A stretch of DNA of 64,000 bases from Amphiscolops sp. MND2022. Taxonomy: Eukaryota. Each line of letters starts with the position of its first letter. The stretch's first letter is position 1. The stretch lies in the NCBI GenBank assembly GCA_964187785.1, contig OZ076409.1, positions 20,276,001 to 20,340,000 on the forward strand, written 5' to 3'. Positions 1 to 11,405 of this stretch are shown piece after piece. Made by a program: the position numbers and the translations under genes. A model generated the notes under the pieces. The model was not told where the DNA came from and did not search any database. It saw only the letters and a list, made by a program, of their open reading frames with translations.

Positions 1-1998
1 ATTGCACCTCGAAAAGCGCAATCAATACCTCGACAAGAACTTTGCGCAGCCCTTCTGGGATCCCAATTAATTAATTCATTTCACGAAAACCTTATTAAAA
101 TGAATGTGAAAGTTCAATCACAATACGCTTGGACTGACTCTACTTTTGTTTTAAACTGGTTATCTTCTGAGCCAAGCGTTTGGGCAACCTTTGTAGCCAA
201 TCGAGTTGCTAAAGTTCAAGAGAACAAAAACCTAATTTTGGAATCATGTGCAAACACACGAGAATCCAGCGAATACAGCCTCCAGAGGTGTGGATCCATC
301 CAATCTTGAGAATTGGTCAATCTGGTGGGTCGGTCCGGATTGGATCAAAACTCATGAGTCATTCGTTCCATTCAAACCAGAAGGGACGAAAGAAGAAATA
401 GAAAAGTCTTCTCAAAACATTTCCGTGATGACAGTTTAATTGCCGAACGACACGTTCAGAGATGTTATTGATCTTTCGAAGCACAACTCGCATAATTGCC
501 TTCATTTTGCGATTCATCGAAAACTACTGTAAGAAACAAAACAGGAAAACAAAAATCCCTAGTTCAGTAGACCTTAAGATCGCTACTGAGGTTCTTGTAA
601 GTCACGAACAGAGAAAGACATTTTTGGAAGAATTGGATCCCTGAAACGGGGTAATTTAGTGCGAGCAAAAAGCAATATCCTTAAACTGTATTATTTTCTG
701 CATAATGACGTATTGCATGTTGACGGTCAATGTGCTAAGGCTGAAATGCCTTACGAAGCCATGTACCCTCAGATAGTTCCACAAAAAGTGAATTTGCAAG
801 GTTGGTAATTCATGACCCTCATCTAAAAACCATGCATGGTGGAACTATTCAAACAATAGCAGAAATTCGTACCCGATTTTGGATACCAGCATGTCGCAAC
901 CAAGTACGAAAAGTTATCTTAAACTGTATCACCTGTTGTAGATTTAATTCAAAATTTGAAAAACCCTTCGTGGGGGATTTGCCTAAATCAGGAATAACAG
1001 TTCCCTCCAAGGCGTTCCAACACGCTGGATTGGACTTTGGAGGGCCATTTTCTGCAAAAGTGATAGTAAAGAATTCACGAAAGTATATTTAGCTTTATTT
1101 TTGTGCTTTGCCAGTGAGGCAGTGCATCTGGAGTTCGTCTCTGATCTCATAACCCAAGCATGTATCGCACTGCGGCGCTTTACGTCTAAGAGGGGTTGCC
1201 CTGCAACAAATAATTCAGATAACGGTTCGAACTTTCAAGGCTCCTTTGCAGAGCTCCTCAAACTTAGGAAATTTCCTAATGACACGACAGAAAACTACAT
1301 ACAAGCAGTATCAGCCGGAAAACTTATTGAATGGAAGTTTATTCCCCCATGAGCTCGCCATTTTGATGGTTCGTGGGATGCTGGGATTAAGAGTGCAAAA
1401 AAGCATCTAAAACGAAGAATGGGTAAAAAGATTTTCAGTTTTGAAGAGCTTTCCCCCTTTTTTGTCAAGTAGAAAACGTGCTAATTTCAAGACCCATAGG
1501 ATTAGTCTCAAATGATCCAAAAGACGAAGTCATTTTGGCTCCTGGGCACCTGATAAGTGGATCCCAGGCATCCGAGTTGAAATGCTGCGCTGCAACTGCT
1601 CGCTGGACTCACATCCAAAATGTCTTATGTCATTTCGCTGGAAAAAAAGTAGGTATCCACTTTCCAGGAAAGAACTAAATGGACGAAACAGAGCTCCAAT
1701 CTTAAAGTGGGCGATGTTGTATTTGACATGGACGACAACGCGGCTCCCTGGCAATGGCCCTTGGCGCGAGTGTCGTATGTGTACAGTGGGCCAGACAATA
1801 TTCGTGTTGTGAAGGTCAGAACATCAACTGGCGAACATAATCATCTCGTCAACAAACTCAAAAAACTTCCCCTTTTTGATGACTCACCCGTCAAAAAAAA
1901 CAGTACTCCCAAAAGTTAGACCAATTGCTCTTATTCTAGTTGAAACTCTAATCACTTTGTTTCCTCATGTTGATTCGATACAATCAAAGTGGGCGGTA
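1..1998 (+). mobile_element. BEL/Pao LTR retrotransposon, decayed 3' pol (RNase H end, integrase, C-terminal DUF5641-like region) with polypurine tract
   Basis: Fragmented ORFs give WTDS..VL.W..FVANRVAKVQ, NPAN.ASRG..WW.GP.W, H...HGG..R.RFWI..C..C, AGLDFGGPF, AVHLEFVSDL, SDNGSNF and GDVV..W.LARV..GPD.IRVVKVRT, the typical BEL/Pao motif order. PPT-like AAAGTGGGCGGTA (1986-1998) is followed by TGTT (1999), a probable LTR start. Confidence 0.92.
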
Positions 1999-2033
1999 TG
2001 TTCAAGCATGTAACAAACAATATTTTTTAAACA

Positions 2034-2809
2034 AAAACCAAGTGTCAATGTTGAAAATTTTTTTGTAAACGTTCAACTGCATCATCAGACATCTAAAAAT
2101 AGATCAAATAAAACAACTGAATAAGCAAAAAAAGCATCTTGGAAATCAGAATAAACGTTTATAGATTTAGAAACGTCAAATTTTTAGTGTCAGTTGACGC
2201 TGTCTGAACTTGTCGCGTTGATTTAAGGCGGGATTAAGTCGGTCGATGTATAGAGCTTCCAAAGGTTGACATCTTACGACACGACTGCAGGTGCACCAGC
2301 GATCCAATGCACCTGTTTCACAACATCTTGAAGAATGTGCTCCAAATGTTACTGGCGATCTCTGTAGTTGTGTCGTCTATTGCAGAAAATGTCCTGGATG
2401 TGACTCCAGCTATTCTGACCAAACAGTGCGACATGTTACGACACGACTGCATGAGCACCAGCAATCCAGTGCACCTGTTTCACAACATCTTGAAAAATGT
2501 GCTCCAAATGTTATTTTTCCAACAGCCAAGATATTGGACAGAACACGGAATTCATCGAAGCTTTTCACTTTGGAAGCTCTATACATCGACTGACTTATTC
2601 CCGCCTTAAATCAACGCGACGAGTTCAGACAGCGTCAACTGACACTAAAGATTTGACGTTTCTAACTCTATATGCCTTTATTTTGATTTTCACAATGCTT
2701 TTTTTGCTTCATACAGTTGCTTTATTTGATCTATTTTTGGATGTCAGATGATGCAGTAGAACTGCGGAAACGTTTACAATAAAAATTTTCAACCTTTACA
2801 CTTGGTTTT
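2034..2809 (+). mobile_element. Penelope-like element (PLE) 3' fragment: GIY-YIG endonuclease end plus inverted terminal repeat
   Basis: ORF 2291-2593 reads CVVY..KCPGCDSSY.DQT.RHVTTRLHEH..SAPVSQH..KILD..LEALYI (PLE GIY-YIG). 2034-2264 is the reverse complement of 2568-2809. Confidence 0.88.
2742..2778 (+). ncRNA. Minimal hammerhead-ribozyme-like motif in the PLE terminal repeat (degenerate)
   Basis: tgt-CAGATGA-t-gcagt-aga-actgc-g-GAAACGTTT-aca gives a near-CUGAUGA core, a stem II hairpin, GAAA and palindromic AAACGTTT. The inverted copy (2064-2091, minus strand) keeps an exact CTGATGA. Confidence 0.6.
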
Positions 2810-3499
2810 AATTCGTCGATACATCATTGTTACTCACTTTCTTTTTGTTATCGAAAGAACTAATATTTTTTGACAACGAATTTTTTAGATGGAAATACAA
2901 TCTCCCTAAATTCATCAGAAAAATCGCGAAAAGAGCAAAATTGGTAAAAATGATATATAATGTTAAATGATTGCTAAATTATCTGCTGTTATATCTTGAT
3001 TACGTTGTATTTGACCCTGATTGACTGTATTTGGGAATTTTTGCCCAAGTTACTTCTCCACCAATTAAAAACTGATACGTTTCATACCATGCTTCAAGGC
3101 TTTCGAGCTTTCTCTCTTCGGTGCTTTCCCGCTTTATGCCGAATCTTAGCCACAATTGGACGACCAAAGGAGCTACGTTCTTCATAATTGTTTAACCCTC
3201 ATTCTCGGAATTCACTGAAACTTTCTTTCTTTTCTAAAGAACTTTTTCATCTGCCTGGAAAGGTACGCTGGTTCTCCGCAAGGATAAAGATTTGGAAATA
3301 CATCAGGATCGGCGCGGACAGGAGTCATAGACCCGTTGAAAGTGGAGCAGTCACTTGACACTCTAATCACGTAACAATTTTACATACTACTCAAAGGTGT
3401 GTGTCATCCCTCCCACCCCTACATGATGCTCTACACGGTACTATAGAAAAATGACGACGAATTCATGTTCAATGAATTCATCAAAACAATCACAATGTG

Positions 3500-5690
3500 C
3501 CGCAAAATGTGCCGGATACCATATCTTCGAATCACGTCAAGCAAGATATGGAAATGGACAAGTAGGTGTAGGAACCAAAAGGGGCGCTGAATTGGCTTCA
3601 CATGTTTTCCGTTGTTTGATAGAAAGCGCTCAGCCCAAAGAAAACGTAATTTTGAAAATTGACTTCGAAAACGCTTTCAATTCGATAAATCGGCAATTCA
3701 TGCTAGAGGAAGTTTTTGAAATACACCCTGAGTTTATAAGTATTCACACTCGGCGTACAGTCAGCCAAGTTTTCATTTTTACGCCGATTCAGTAATCAAA
3801 TCTTGTGAGAGACCCAGCAAGGAGATACTGAGTCTCCAGCTTTGTTTTCGGATTCCATTCAGGATCTGATTGACAGTTTGGAGTCGAAAATATGGTACCT
3901 TGACGATGGAAATTCTAGTGATGATTACCGAACCGTTTTGAAAATTCTCAAAAAATTGTTGAGGCGGAAAGAACGCTGGGACTCAAAATTGAAGCCACGA
4001 AATGTGAATTTTTTTTCTGGTGAAATCACTGAAAAACGACGATCGACAATTTCAGAACCTTTCCAAAAACTTTGCCCGGGATCATCGGCCCGAAATCACA
4101 AGCAGACTTATTGGAAAAAAGAGCTAATGAACTGGAAAAATTTAACGGGATTGTTGAAAATTGGTATGCGCACTATATGTTTTTCATGTTGAAAAATTGT
4201 TTTAGTTTGCCAAAGTTGTTGCACTTCCTGAGAACCAGTACGTGTTTTAACCATCCAGCTCTCCTGGAGAAATATGACAAAACCGTGCGCGACGGGCTTT
4301 CCAAAGTGTCTATCGTGAACTTCGACGATATTTCGAGTAATGGGCGGTCTTGAGGTTTCATCCGTATCATTATTAGCACTTCCCGGCTTTCTAGCGTCAG
4401 CTTTTGGTGCGAGTGACTTTCTCACGACAATTTTCCCGGGAACATTCGAAGATGTTTCGTTTACAAAAGCGCTTGAGAAGTGATTGAGTTTGACGAATGA
4501 ACAAGAAAATCCTCTCGATGGAACTCAGAAAAAATGAACACAACCTGTCTACGTCAAAACCGCCCAAGATTTGATTTCTAGAATGGATGACAAACGTTCG
4601 AAAGTTTTAACCGCCCATCGAGGCAAATTCGGGGCTCAATGGCTGAACGTCGTTCCTTGCAAGAACCTAGGCCTGAAACGTGATGATCAGCAACTTCGAA
4701 TTTCAATTGTTCTGCATCTCGGTGCCAACATTTGCGTTGCGCATACGTGCCACTGTGGTAAAAGAGTTGAACGGGACGGCTTACACGGTCTTTCTTGCAC
4801 CAAGGGTGCTGGTCGCTTCTCACGTCATCCTACTCTCATTTCTCTCATAAAGCAGACGTTGGGATCTCTCGACTTGCCTTCAAGGCTCGAACCGCGTGGA
4901 CTGTACCGAACTGATGGCAAACGCGCAGACGGTGTTACCATGATTCCTTGGGAAATGGGTAAACAGCTGGCGTGGGATGTCACGGTTGTGGATGCTCTTG
5001 CACCCAGTCGCCTGAATCAAGTCTCTTTATGCAACCCGGGAACCACCGCCACCGAGTCTGAAGCGCGTAAAATTGAGAAGTATTGCGAATTAATAGACAA
5101 TGGATACATTTTTGGGTGGCTGTAAATAGGTCGAATTTCTCTGGTCGAAAGGACAGAGGTCGAACCTTTTGATCGAATTGCAGGGATCGAATGGAATGCG
5201 GTCGAATTTTATCGAATTTGTTGTATGGCTCGGTCGCTTCGCTCCCCTCGCCAAGTAGCAACATTGAGGCATGGCCATATGGCACGTCGCTCCGCTTCGC
5301 TCCTGCATTCAGGGCACTAGGGGTATGTGAACATATCTGACTACGTTATAAAAATTTCGATCCGAGTTTCGATCCCATTCAAAAATTTGGTATGTCGAAC
5401 TGAGGATTAACTCTGATTTTCGATCCCGTTCCTTCGACCTATTTCCGCCCACCCTACATTTTTCAGCCGGTGGCCTTGGAAGTACAGGGTTCTTTAGGCG
5501 AGAGCAGTGAAATTTTCACGCGTCTCTGTAAAATGCTCTGTCGTTCGCACGACGATCAACGAGCTGGCAGCTTTTTGAAGCAACGGATTTCAATGGCTCT
5601 TCAGAATGGCAATGCGGTCTGTGTTCTAGGAACTGTGAGCGACAGAGATGCGTTCGAAGAAATTTATTACATATAGCCTAATTTTTTTAA
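3500..5690 (+). mobile_element. CRE-clade-like non-LTR retrotransposon (RT + restriction-like endonuclease), decayed and interrupted by a MITE
   Basis: RT motifs Q.GVGT..GAE..H, LKIDFENAFNSINR and WYLDDG. C-terminal C.CG..D.LH.LSC, RH, R.DG, LAWDVTV, K..KY and (after the MITE) F.PVALEV.G match the CCHC plus REL domain of CRE-type elements. Confidence 0.82.
5114..5454. mobile_element. MULE-like MITE with 9-bp TSD inserted in the CRE element
   Basis: TSD TACATTTTT at 5105-5113 and 5455-5463. TIRs GGGTGGCTGTAAATAGGTCGAA / TTCGACCTATTTCCGCCCACCC. Removing it rejoins NGYIF|QPVALEV. Confidence 0.9.
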
Positions 5691-5969
5691 CCTTTATATC
5701 ATAGCAGCTTGAAAAAATTTCTACCGGTTGTCTGCATAGTGGCTGGTTTGGATAGTTTGTTGGTTGTTTTTTTTGTTACTGGTATAGTGGCTGGTATGGG
5801 GTTCCTTACTTTCGTTGCAGACCACAGGTGTGTGTCTTCTCCCCCAACATGATGATACACATGGCACTTGATTGATGACGAAGATCCATGGTATCTGATA
5901 GAGGAAAAAACAATCACAATATGAGCTTTAGTTTCTTTCAGATAAATACTTGAAATACGATGTAGAAAG

Positions 5970-5987
5970 ATGTCCAATTACCAACAG
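5970..5987 (+). CDS. NDFIP: NDFIP gene, coding exon 1 (MSNYQQ)
   Basis: ATG TCC AAT TAC CAA CAG then a GTAATT donor. Phase 0 fits exon 2, and the peptide resembles the N-terminal YQQL motif of NDFIP1. Confidence 0.75.
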
Positions 5988-6198
5988 GTAATTTCCTGCT
6001 GTTGTACTTTTACCGAACGAAAATTCGTTTTCAGTATTTTTTGCACGACCTGGTGCTTTCAATTATTTTTTTTTATGTCGTTGGAATTCGTTGATCTACT
6101 CTACCTGTGATCTAAGTCATATTTTGCTTTCGAGCTGTGAAATAGTTAATGTGCCCCTATTCGAGTATTCCAGGTAAATAACATCGTGATGATTCTAG

Positions 6199-6420
6199 GT
6201 GGCAACTGAAGAACCTGAACGTGAGCCTGACTACTCATCTGATGAAAGCGGGGTTGAGCAGGATGAGACTACATGCGGAGTTACTCAACATCAAGCTTCC
6301 GATGAAGCCAAGGAAGAGTTACAAGAACACTATGTGATGTTGCCTCCCCCTTACGGGGACAACAACGACTTGCCTACTTATGAAGAGGTAGAGCGAATCA
6401 AAATAGAGGAGGAGGCTAGG
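6199..6420 (+). CDS. NDFIP: NDFIP gene, coding exon 2 (acidic region with PY motifs)
   Basis: TTCTAG acceptor and GTATGT donor. Encodes PPPY and LPTYEEVERIK (compare NDFIP LPSYDEAERTK), WW-domain-binding motifs. Confidence 0.9.
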
Positions 6421-7160
6421 GTATGTTCAATTCATATTGCTTTCTTGTTCATCCAATTTGCTTCTACGGTGTGTATTACTGTTAGGTCTTTTGGATCCAA
6501 CTCAATGTACTTCGTTTTTTTTTCAAAACTCTGCCTTTTTTTACAATTGTCTATTCTAATTTAGTGGAAGTCCTGTCGGAGTGAATGGCACGACCCTGCT
6601 GAGTGCCTGTTTCAGCAAGATTATTGTTAAGATGTTATATTCTTTCAATGTTTCGCTTTCGCCATCGTCGAAAGTGTTCAAGAAGTCAATTCTTTTCGAG
6701 CTGATGGCAGTAGTGAATAGAAGTAGTGGTAAGCGTTGTCCTCGCTACTACAAGAGATCTTTGAGAATTTACGTTGACTAAGGTTTCATTTGATTTCTTG
6801 AAGGTTTTCGTATTGCCCGTAAAGGGCTGTTAGCAATGTAAGGATCCCCCGAAATAAGTGGGCACCATTTACCAACGGTGGGTTTAGAGTGTTTGATTTT
6901 TTTCAGAAAAACATCTGTGGGTTTTCCATTGGTTCAACTTGGAGTATTCTGATAGTTTGATAATGAGGGTCTGGTTGCTGTATTCTGTTGTTACCTCTTC
7001 GTAAGATCTTTCGAGGACTTAATCATTGCTTCGATTTCGCATTGATGATCGGTTAACTGCTGCCATGAAGTCGTTTCTCTGCTTTGTTTTCAATTCGATT
7101 GCTAGACTATTAAAAAAGTCTACTAATAAGATTCCTCTGAGGGTTTCACATGTGCTGATA

Positions 7161-8787
7161 CAGTGCCTCACGAAAGTGTAACAATAGATAGGCATATTTC
7201 TAATAAAGGGTATTTTAGTTCATAGACAAATGTTATGTTAGAAACAACCATATAATAAAACAACCATACTCTTCTCATGTTGTTTTCAATCACCGGAAGT
7301 TGTTTTTCTTCACGCTTTTTTCTGGTTGCACGTTGAATCATAAAACATTTATTGTTACAATTTCGTGTGCGCCATTACAAAAAGCAAAAACCACTTCCTA
7401 CATTATTTCAACTGTTAAATTTCCGTTTACAATTTTCATTCTTTGTCACTCACAGTCTCTAATTACTTGTTTCTGTTATGAAAGTTATACCCATCTCAAC
7501 CAAAACGCAGATTTTCGAGTATGTAGCGGAGGGTTTATCTACAAGGCAAATTGCCAAGAAGGTGCCATCTGTTAGTCATATGACGGTGACCCGATTGAGG
7601 AGCGAGCATTTCAATGGCCTTGCAAAACCAAAAGCAGGTCGTCCATCAAAATTAACTCCATATGACAAAAGAAAACTCGTCCGAGACATGTCGTCAGGAA
7701 GGATACAAACAGCTGTTGATGCGGCTAAAGAGCTCTCAAATACAATGGAAACACAATTGCACCCTGAAGCTATCCGGCGAGTATTGAGGAAAAGTGGTTT
7801 GAAAGCAATCAAGAAAAAGAAGAAACCTTTCTTGAGTAGAAAACACAGACAACAAAGATTGGAATTCGCACGGAAGTATTCCAACTGGACACCAGAAGAT
7901 TTCAAGCGTGTCATATGGTCTGATGAAACCAAAATAAACAGATTTGGTTCCGATGGGCTCCAGTGGGTGTGGAAAAAGCCTAAAGCACCATTATTGGACT
8001 GCCACGTGCAGGGTACGTTTAAACACGGAGGTGGAAGCCTGATGCTATGGGGATGTATGACTTCTTTGGGAATTGGTCAGGCGTGTAAAATAGAGGGAAA
8101 CATGGACAGCCAGCTTTATTGCGAGATTTTATCAGATAATCTCATGGGTACAATACGACACTATGGATGGGGACGAGATGACATCGTTTTTCAACAGGAT
8201 AACGACCCTAAACACACCTCAAAATTGGCGAAAGACTGGTTTGAGGAAAATGGAATAACAGTTATGGACTGGCCTCCTCAATCACCGGATTTAAATCCAA
8301 TTGAACACCTTTGGCACACGCTGAAGTACCAATTGCGAATGTATTCTAAACCTCCTGAGAGCGTTGCTGAGCTGTGGGAACGGGTGCAAGACGAGTGGAA
8401 CAAAATACCAGTTGAGACAGTTCAAAACCTTATCGATAGTATGCCCAAGCGCATAAACGCTGTTTTGAAGGCTCGGGGTGGTTATACTAAATACTGAAAC
8501 ACTGTTCCTGTTCTTATATTCTGTTTTTTTAAGTGTATAAAAACGTTTATTCAAATTCATTTTCTAAAACATAACCACACACGAAATTGTAACAATACAA
8601 TTTTTCAGTAGAGTGCTTGTGAATACATGTAAAAAACTCGAAAATATAAACCAAAACAATATACATTAATGCAACGTGTTTAACAAACATATTGAAAGCT
8701 TACTTAGTTTATATGCTGTACCCTTCTGAGAGACAAAGAAGATCTCACTTTTTTAAAAGTCTATTGTTACAATTTCGTTAGGCACTG
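7161..8787 (+). mobile_element. Full-length Tc1-family DNA transposon in NDFIP intron 2
   Basis: TA TSDs (7159-60, 8788-89) and 28-bp TIRs CAGTGCCTCACGAAAGTGTAACAATAGA with 2 mismatches, enclosing an intact transposase ORF. Confidence 0.97.
7478..8497 (+). CDS. Tc1 transposase, DD34E, 339 aa, uninterrupted
   Basis: N-terminal HTH with GRP, WSDE, KHGGGS.M.WG, FQQDNDPKH and WPPQSPDLNPIE. There are 34 residues between the second D and the E. Confidence 0.96.
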   Translation: MKVIPISTKTQIFEYVAEGLSTRQIAKKVPSVSHMTVTRLRSEHFNGLAKPKAGRPSKLTPYDKRKLVRDMSSGRIQTAVDAAKELSNTMETQLHPEAIRRVLRKSGLKAIKKKKKPFLSRKHRQQRLEFARKYSNWTPEDFKRVIWSDETKINRFGSDGLQWVWKKPKAPLLDCHVQGTFKHGGGSLMLWGCMTSLGIGQACKIEGNMDSQLYCEILSDNLMGTIRHYGWGRDDIVFQQDNDPKHTSKLAKDWFEENGITVMDWPPQSPDLNPIEHLWHTLKYQLRMYSKPPESVAELWERVQDEWNKIPVETVQNLIDSMPKRINAVLKARGGYTKY

Positions 8788-8883
8788 TAGGAAGCTGAAG
8801 ACATTTTTTGAAAGTCGAATTCGTTATTGTTTTGAAAGATTTGTAAAGTCTTGATGTTCTTTTGAGCGCATGTTGGTGCGCTA

Positions 8884-9242
8884 CAGAGTTTTGACACCGC
8901 TAATCAGCGATTTAGCGAATTAGCGGCCGCGCAGGAATTTTTCAGCGATTTCATTAGCGATTCAAATTAGCGGTAACAAACAGACCCTTCAAATTCAAAA
9001 TTTCTTGTGTATAGACGGTGTTTCAAAATGAATTTCGGAAAAATTCCAACTGTTACCCTGGTAAAACACGCACAGTACAAAAAATTCTAGTCTTTTTTCT
9101 TCCAAAAACCGAATAAGTTATTTTGAAACATACTTGAAGCTAAACATTTAATAGTTTGCAGAAAAAGCTTTTCAGCGAAATAGCGATTTTCAAATTAGCG
9201 GTTTAGCGATTAGCGGAAAAAATTAGCGATGTCAAAACCCTG
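8884..9242. mobile_element. hAT-type MITE (family copy 1)
   Basis: TIRs CAGAGTTTTGACA / TGTCAAAACCCTG, perfect 8-bp TSD GTGCGCTA, and TTAGCG subterminal repeats. Confidence 0.9.
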
Positions 9243-10225
9243 GTGCGCTATTATAAAACTGGGGTTGTATGACAGTCAATCAAGACGGACATCGGAAGTG
9301 TGATATTCCACAGCTTAGTCGGTGAGTAGTATAGAGATTTGTTAGGTATACAACGGGGGTAAGGAAGATCCGAATCCTTCAAAGAATCCTTGATTTATTG
9401 CTAGTTTTTCGACCCCCATAAAAATTTAACGATTTTCTAAGGGTAAGAAAATCTCAACAGAGCTTCAGCTTTACGCGGCGCATCGCAAGCTTTTGTTTAC
9501 ATACTATGTAAGTGTTTGTTTATATACTAGTAGTGTCTGCGCAGACAGTGCTGCGACCCAGAAAGCAAACCAAAGTTGATATTGGCACTGCGCGTTACTA
9601 ATGTAACAAAACCGAACTGAAGAGATTTCTTGTTGAAAGTGAAAGTACGAGCCGACATGTGAAAGTAGACTTCAACAAAGATTGGCAGTCGCGAAAAAGG
9701 ATCAGAAAACTTTGAGTTTATCAGAATCAAAAGGCGGATAGACCCATTTTCATAAAATATAAACAAAGCGACGAATTTGAAATCGAGAAAAACGTCTCAA
9801 GCACCGATTTTCTCAGACGTGGATTGTAGATGAGTATTCAGTGTACCACAAAAGTTCATCTAGTCAAGATGAAAATTTTGCTTTGCCTTCATTTTATTTT
9901 CAACTTGAAAACTCAACAACTCAAAGAATCCGATGATGTCTTCCCCCGATTACGAACAACATGGTTTTTTGTGCTACGGAATGGAATTCTGAGACGACAC
10001 AGACTATGAAGCGGACGACGAGCCCATGGACATTTCTGTGGATAATGAAGTGAGTACCATGAAAAAATTACAAAGGATGTCAAGAAATATATTCTCAAGT
10101 AGCAATTGTAGGATGTCGTCATCACAATGAAAGAAAATAATCATAGTCACGTGTTATTTCAGAGCAAAAATCCCAACGGCGCTGATGTAGCCGAGATAAT
10201 ATCCAGCGATGACTTCGAATATTAC

Positions 10226-10300
10226 TATGAGGAGGAGGAGGAGGAGGAGGAAGAAGAAGAAGACGATTACTATGAGAAGGAGGAGGAGGATGATGATGAC
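10226..10300. repeat. (GAG/GAA/GAT)n low-complexity trinucleotide tract
   Basis: Directly visible run GAGGAGGAG...GAAGAAGAA...GATGATGAT. Confidence 0.85.
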
Positions 10301-11122
10301 CAAAATGACATACGAGGAAGTTTTAAAGTTCTTCTGAAATTTATTTTGCTCTCAAATTATAATATAGCTTGTCAAACCTATGTCTAACAAAAATATAGAA
10401 TGGATCCAAAAAACAAGACAAAATACTTCAGATACTGACTGTTTTAGGTAATCCAAGAGGAGACACTCAGACTGAAGCCCCTCTACGCCAAGAAGAAGAG
10501 CAATCAGCACAATCCCAGAGTGCGATATCATGCCATCGCAGTGGCTGGTGACGGGGTTGGTTTTTATGGCTTCGCAGAAGCCATTAAAAAGAAGCTGGGC
10601 TGCTGAACGAGCTGCTCGGTCGAAAGCCACACTGCGATGTCGACAAATACATCTGAGTTACCCGCCCCTGAACATTCCGAAAACAGTCCCGCTCGAAACG
10701 GCGGAATAAAGGTGATCATCCGCCCCACCCCAGCTGGTGTTGACGTCAATGGCTCCCCAATGTACAAAGGATGCTGAAGATGATTGGCATCAGGGACTGC
10801 CTCCTTGGAGTCCACGGGAATACCCAGATGGGTCTTAACCTGGCGAGAGCCGTGAACTGAGCCCTCCAAACACTGTAAATATTATGATTTTCTTTGTATT
10901 GTCTTGTAAATTTATATTGATTTTCAATTTTTTGCAACCTAGCCTGAGCAATGCAACAAGGGTCAACCTCATGGTGTATTCAGTATCGCACAGCTTCGAG
11001 TATTCAGATCTTGGGGCTCTTTTACCGGCTATGGTCGAAAGTTGAAGTGCAAGGGCTGAAACTTTCTTCAATCAATTTGCAGAAAATTTTTAAGGAATAA
11101 TGTACTGTCCGTAGTTTTTTAA

Positions 11123-11405
11123 GCAGCATTTCGGTACGGTTGTTTTTAGCGACACTTTTTCTTGGTACTTTTTTTGGCAGCCTTGTGCTACGTGAATTTT
11201 TGGCGAACATTTCAAGCGGCAGGCTTTTGAGCAGCATTTCGGTATGGTTGTTTTCAACGACAATTTTTCTTGGTACCTTTTCGGCAGCATTCTGCTATGG
11301 ATATTTTTGACGAATGTTTCGAGCGGCAGTTTTTAGGCAGCATTTCGATACGGTTGTTTTTAGCGACACGTTTTTTTGGTACTTTTTTCGGCAGCATTCT
11401 GCTGA
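11123..11405. repeat. ~107-bp tandem repeat, about 2.7 copies
   Basis: Unit begins GCAGCATTTCGGTACGGTTGTTTTTAGCGACAC...TTGGTACTTTTT and recurs at about 11123, 11231 and 11337. Confidence 0.85.

Noticed and set aside
6149..6173. Alternative NDFIP first exon (MCPYSSIP + GTAAAT)
   Set aside because: It would need a 25-nt intron and is out of phase, giving an immediate stop. The 5970-5987 exon fits both phase and homology.
6590..7150. Decayed LINE 5' region split by the Tc1 and a MITE (continuing to ~9500)
   Set aside because: Coding-like on the minus strand, but no motif is clear enough to support a call.
10127..10387. Acidic 86-aa ORF as an NDFIP exon or stand-alone gene
   Set aside because: It is driven by a trinucleotide tract, and the NDFIP model is complete and in phase without it.
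11123..11405. Repeat array as a CRISPR
   Set aside because: The whole unit is repeated with no unique spacers, the context is eukaryotic, and there are no cas genes.
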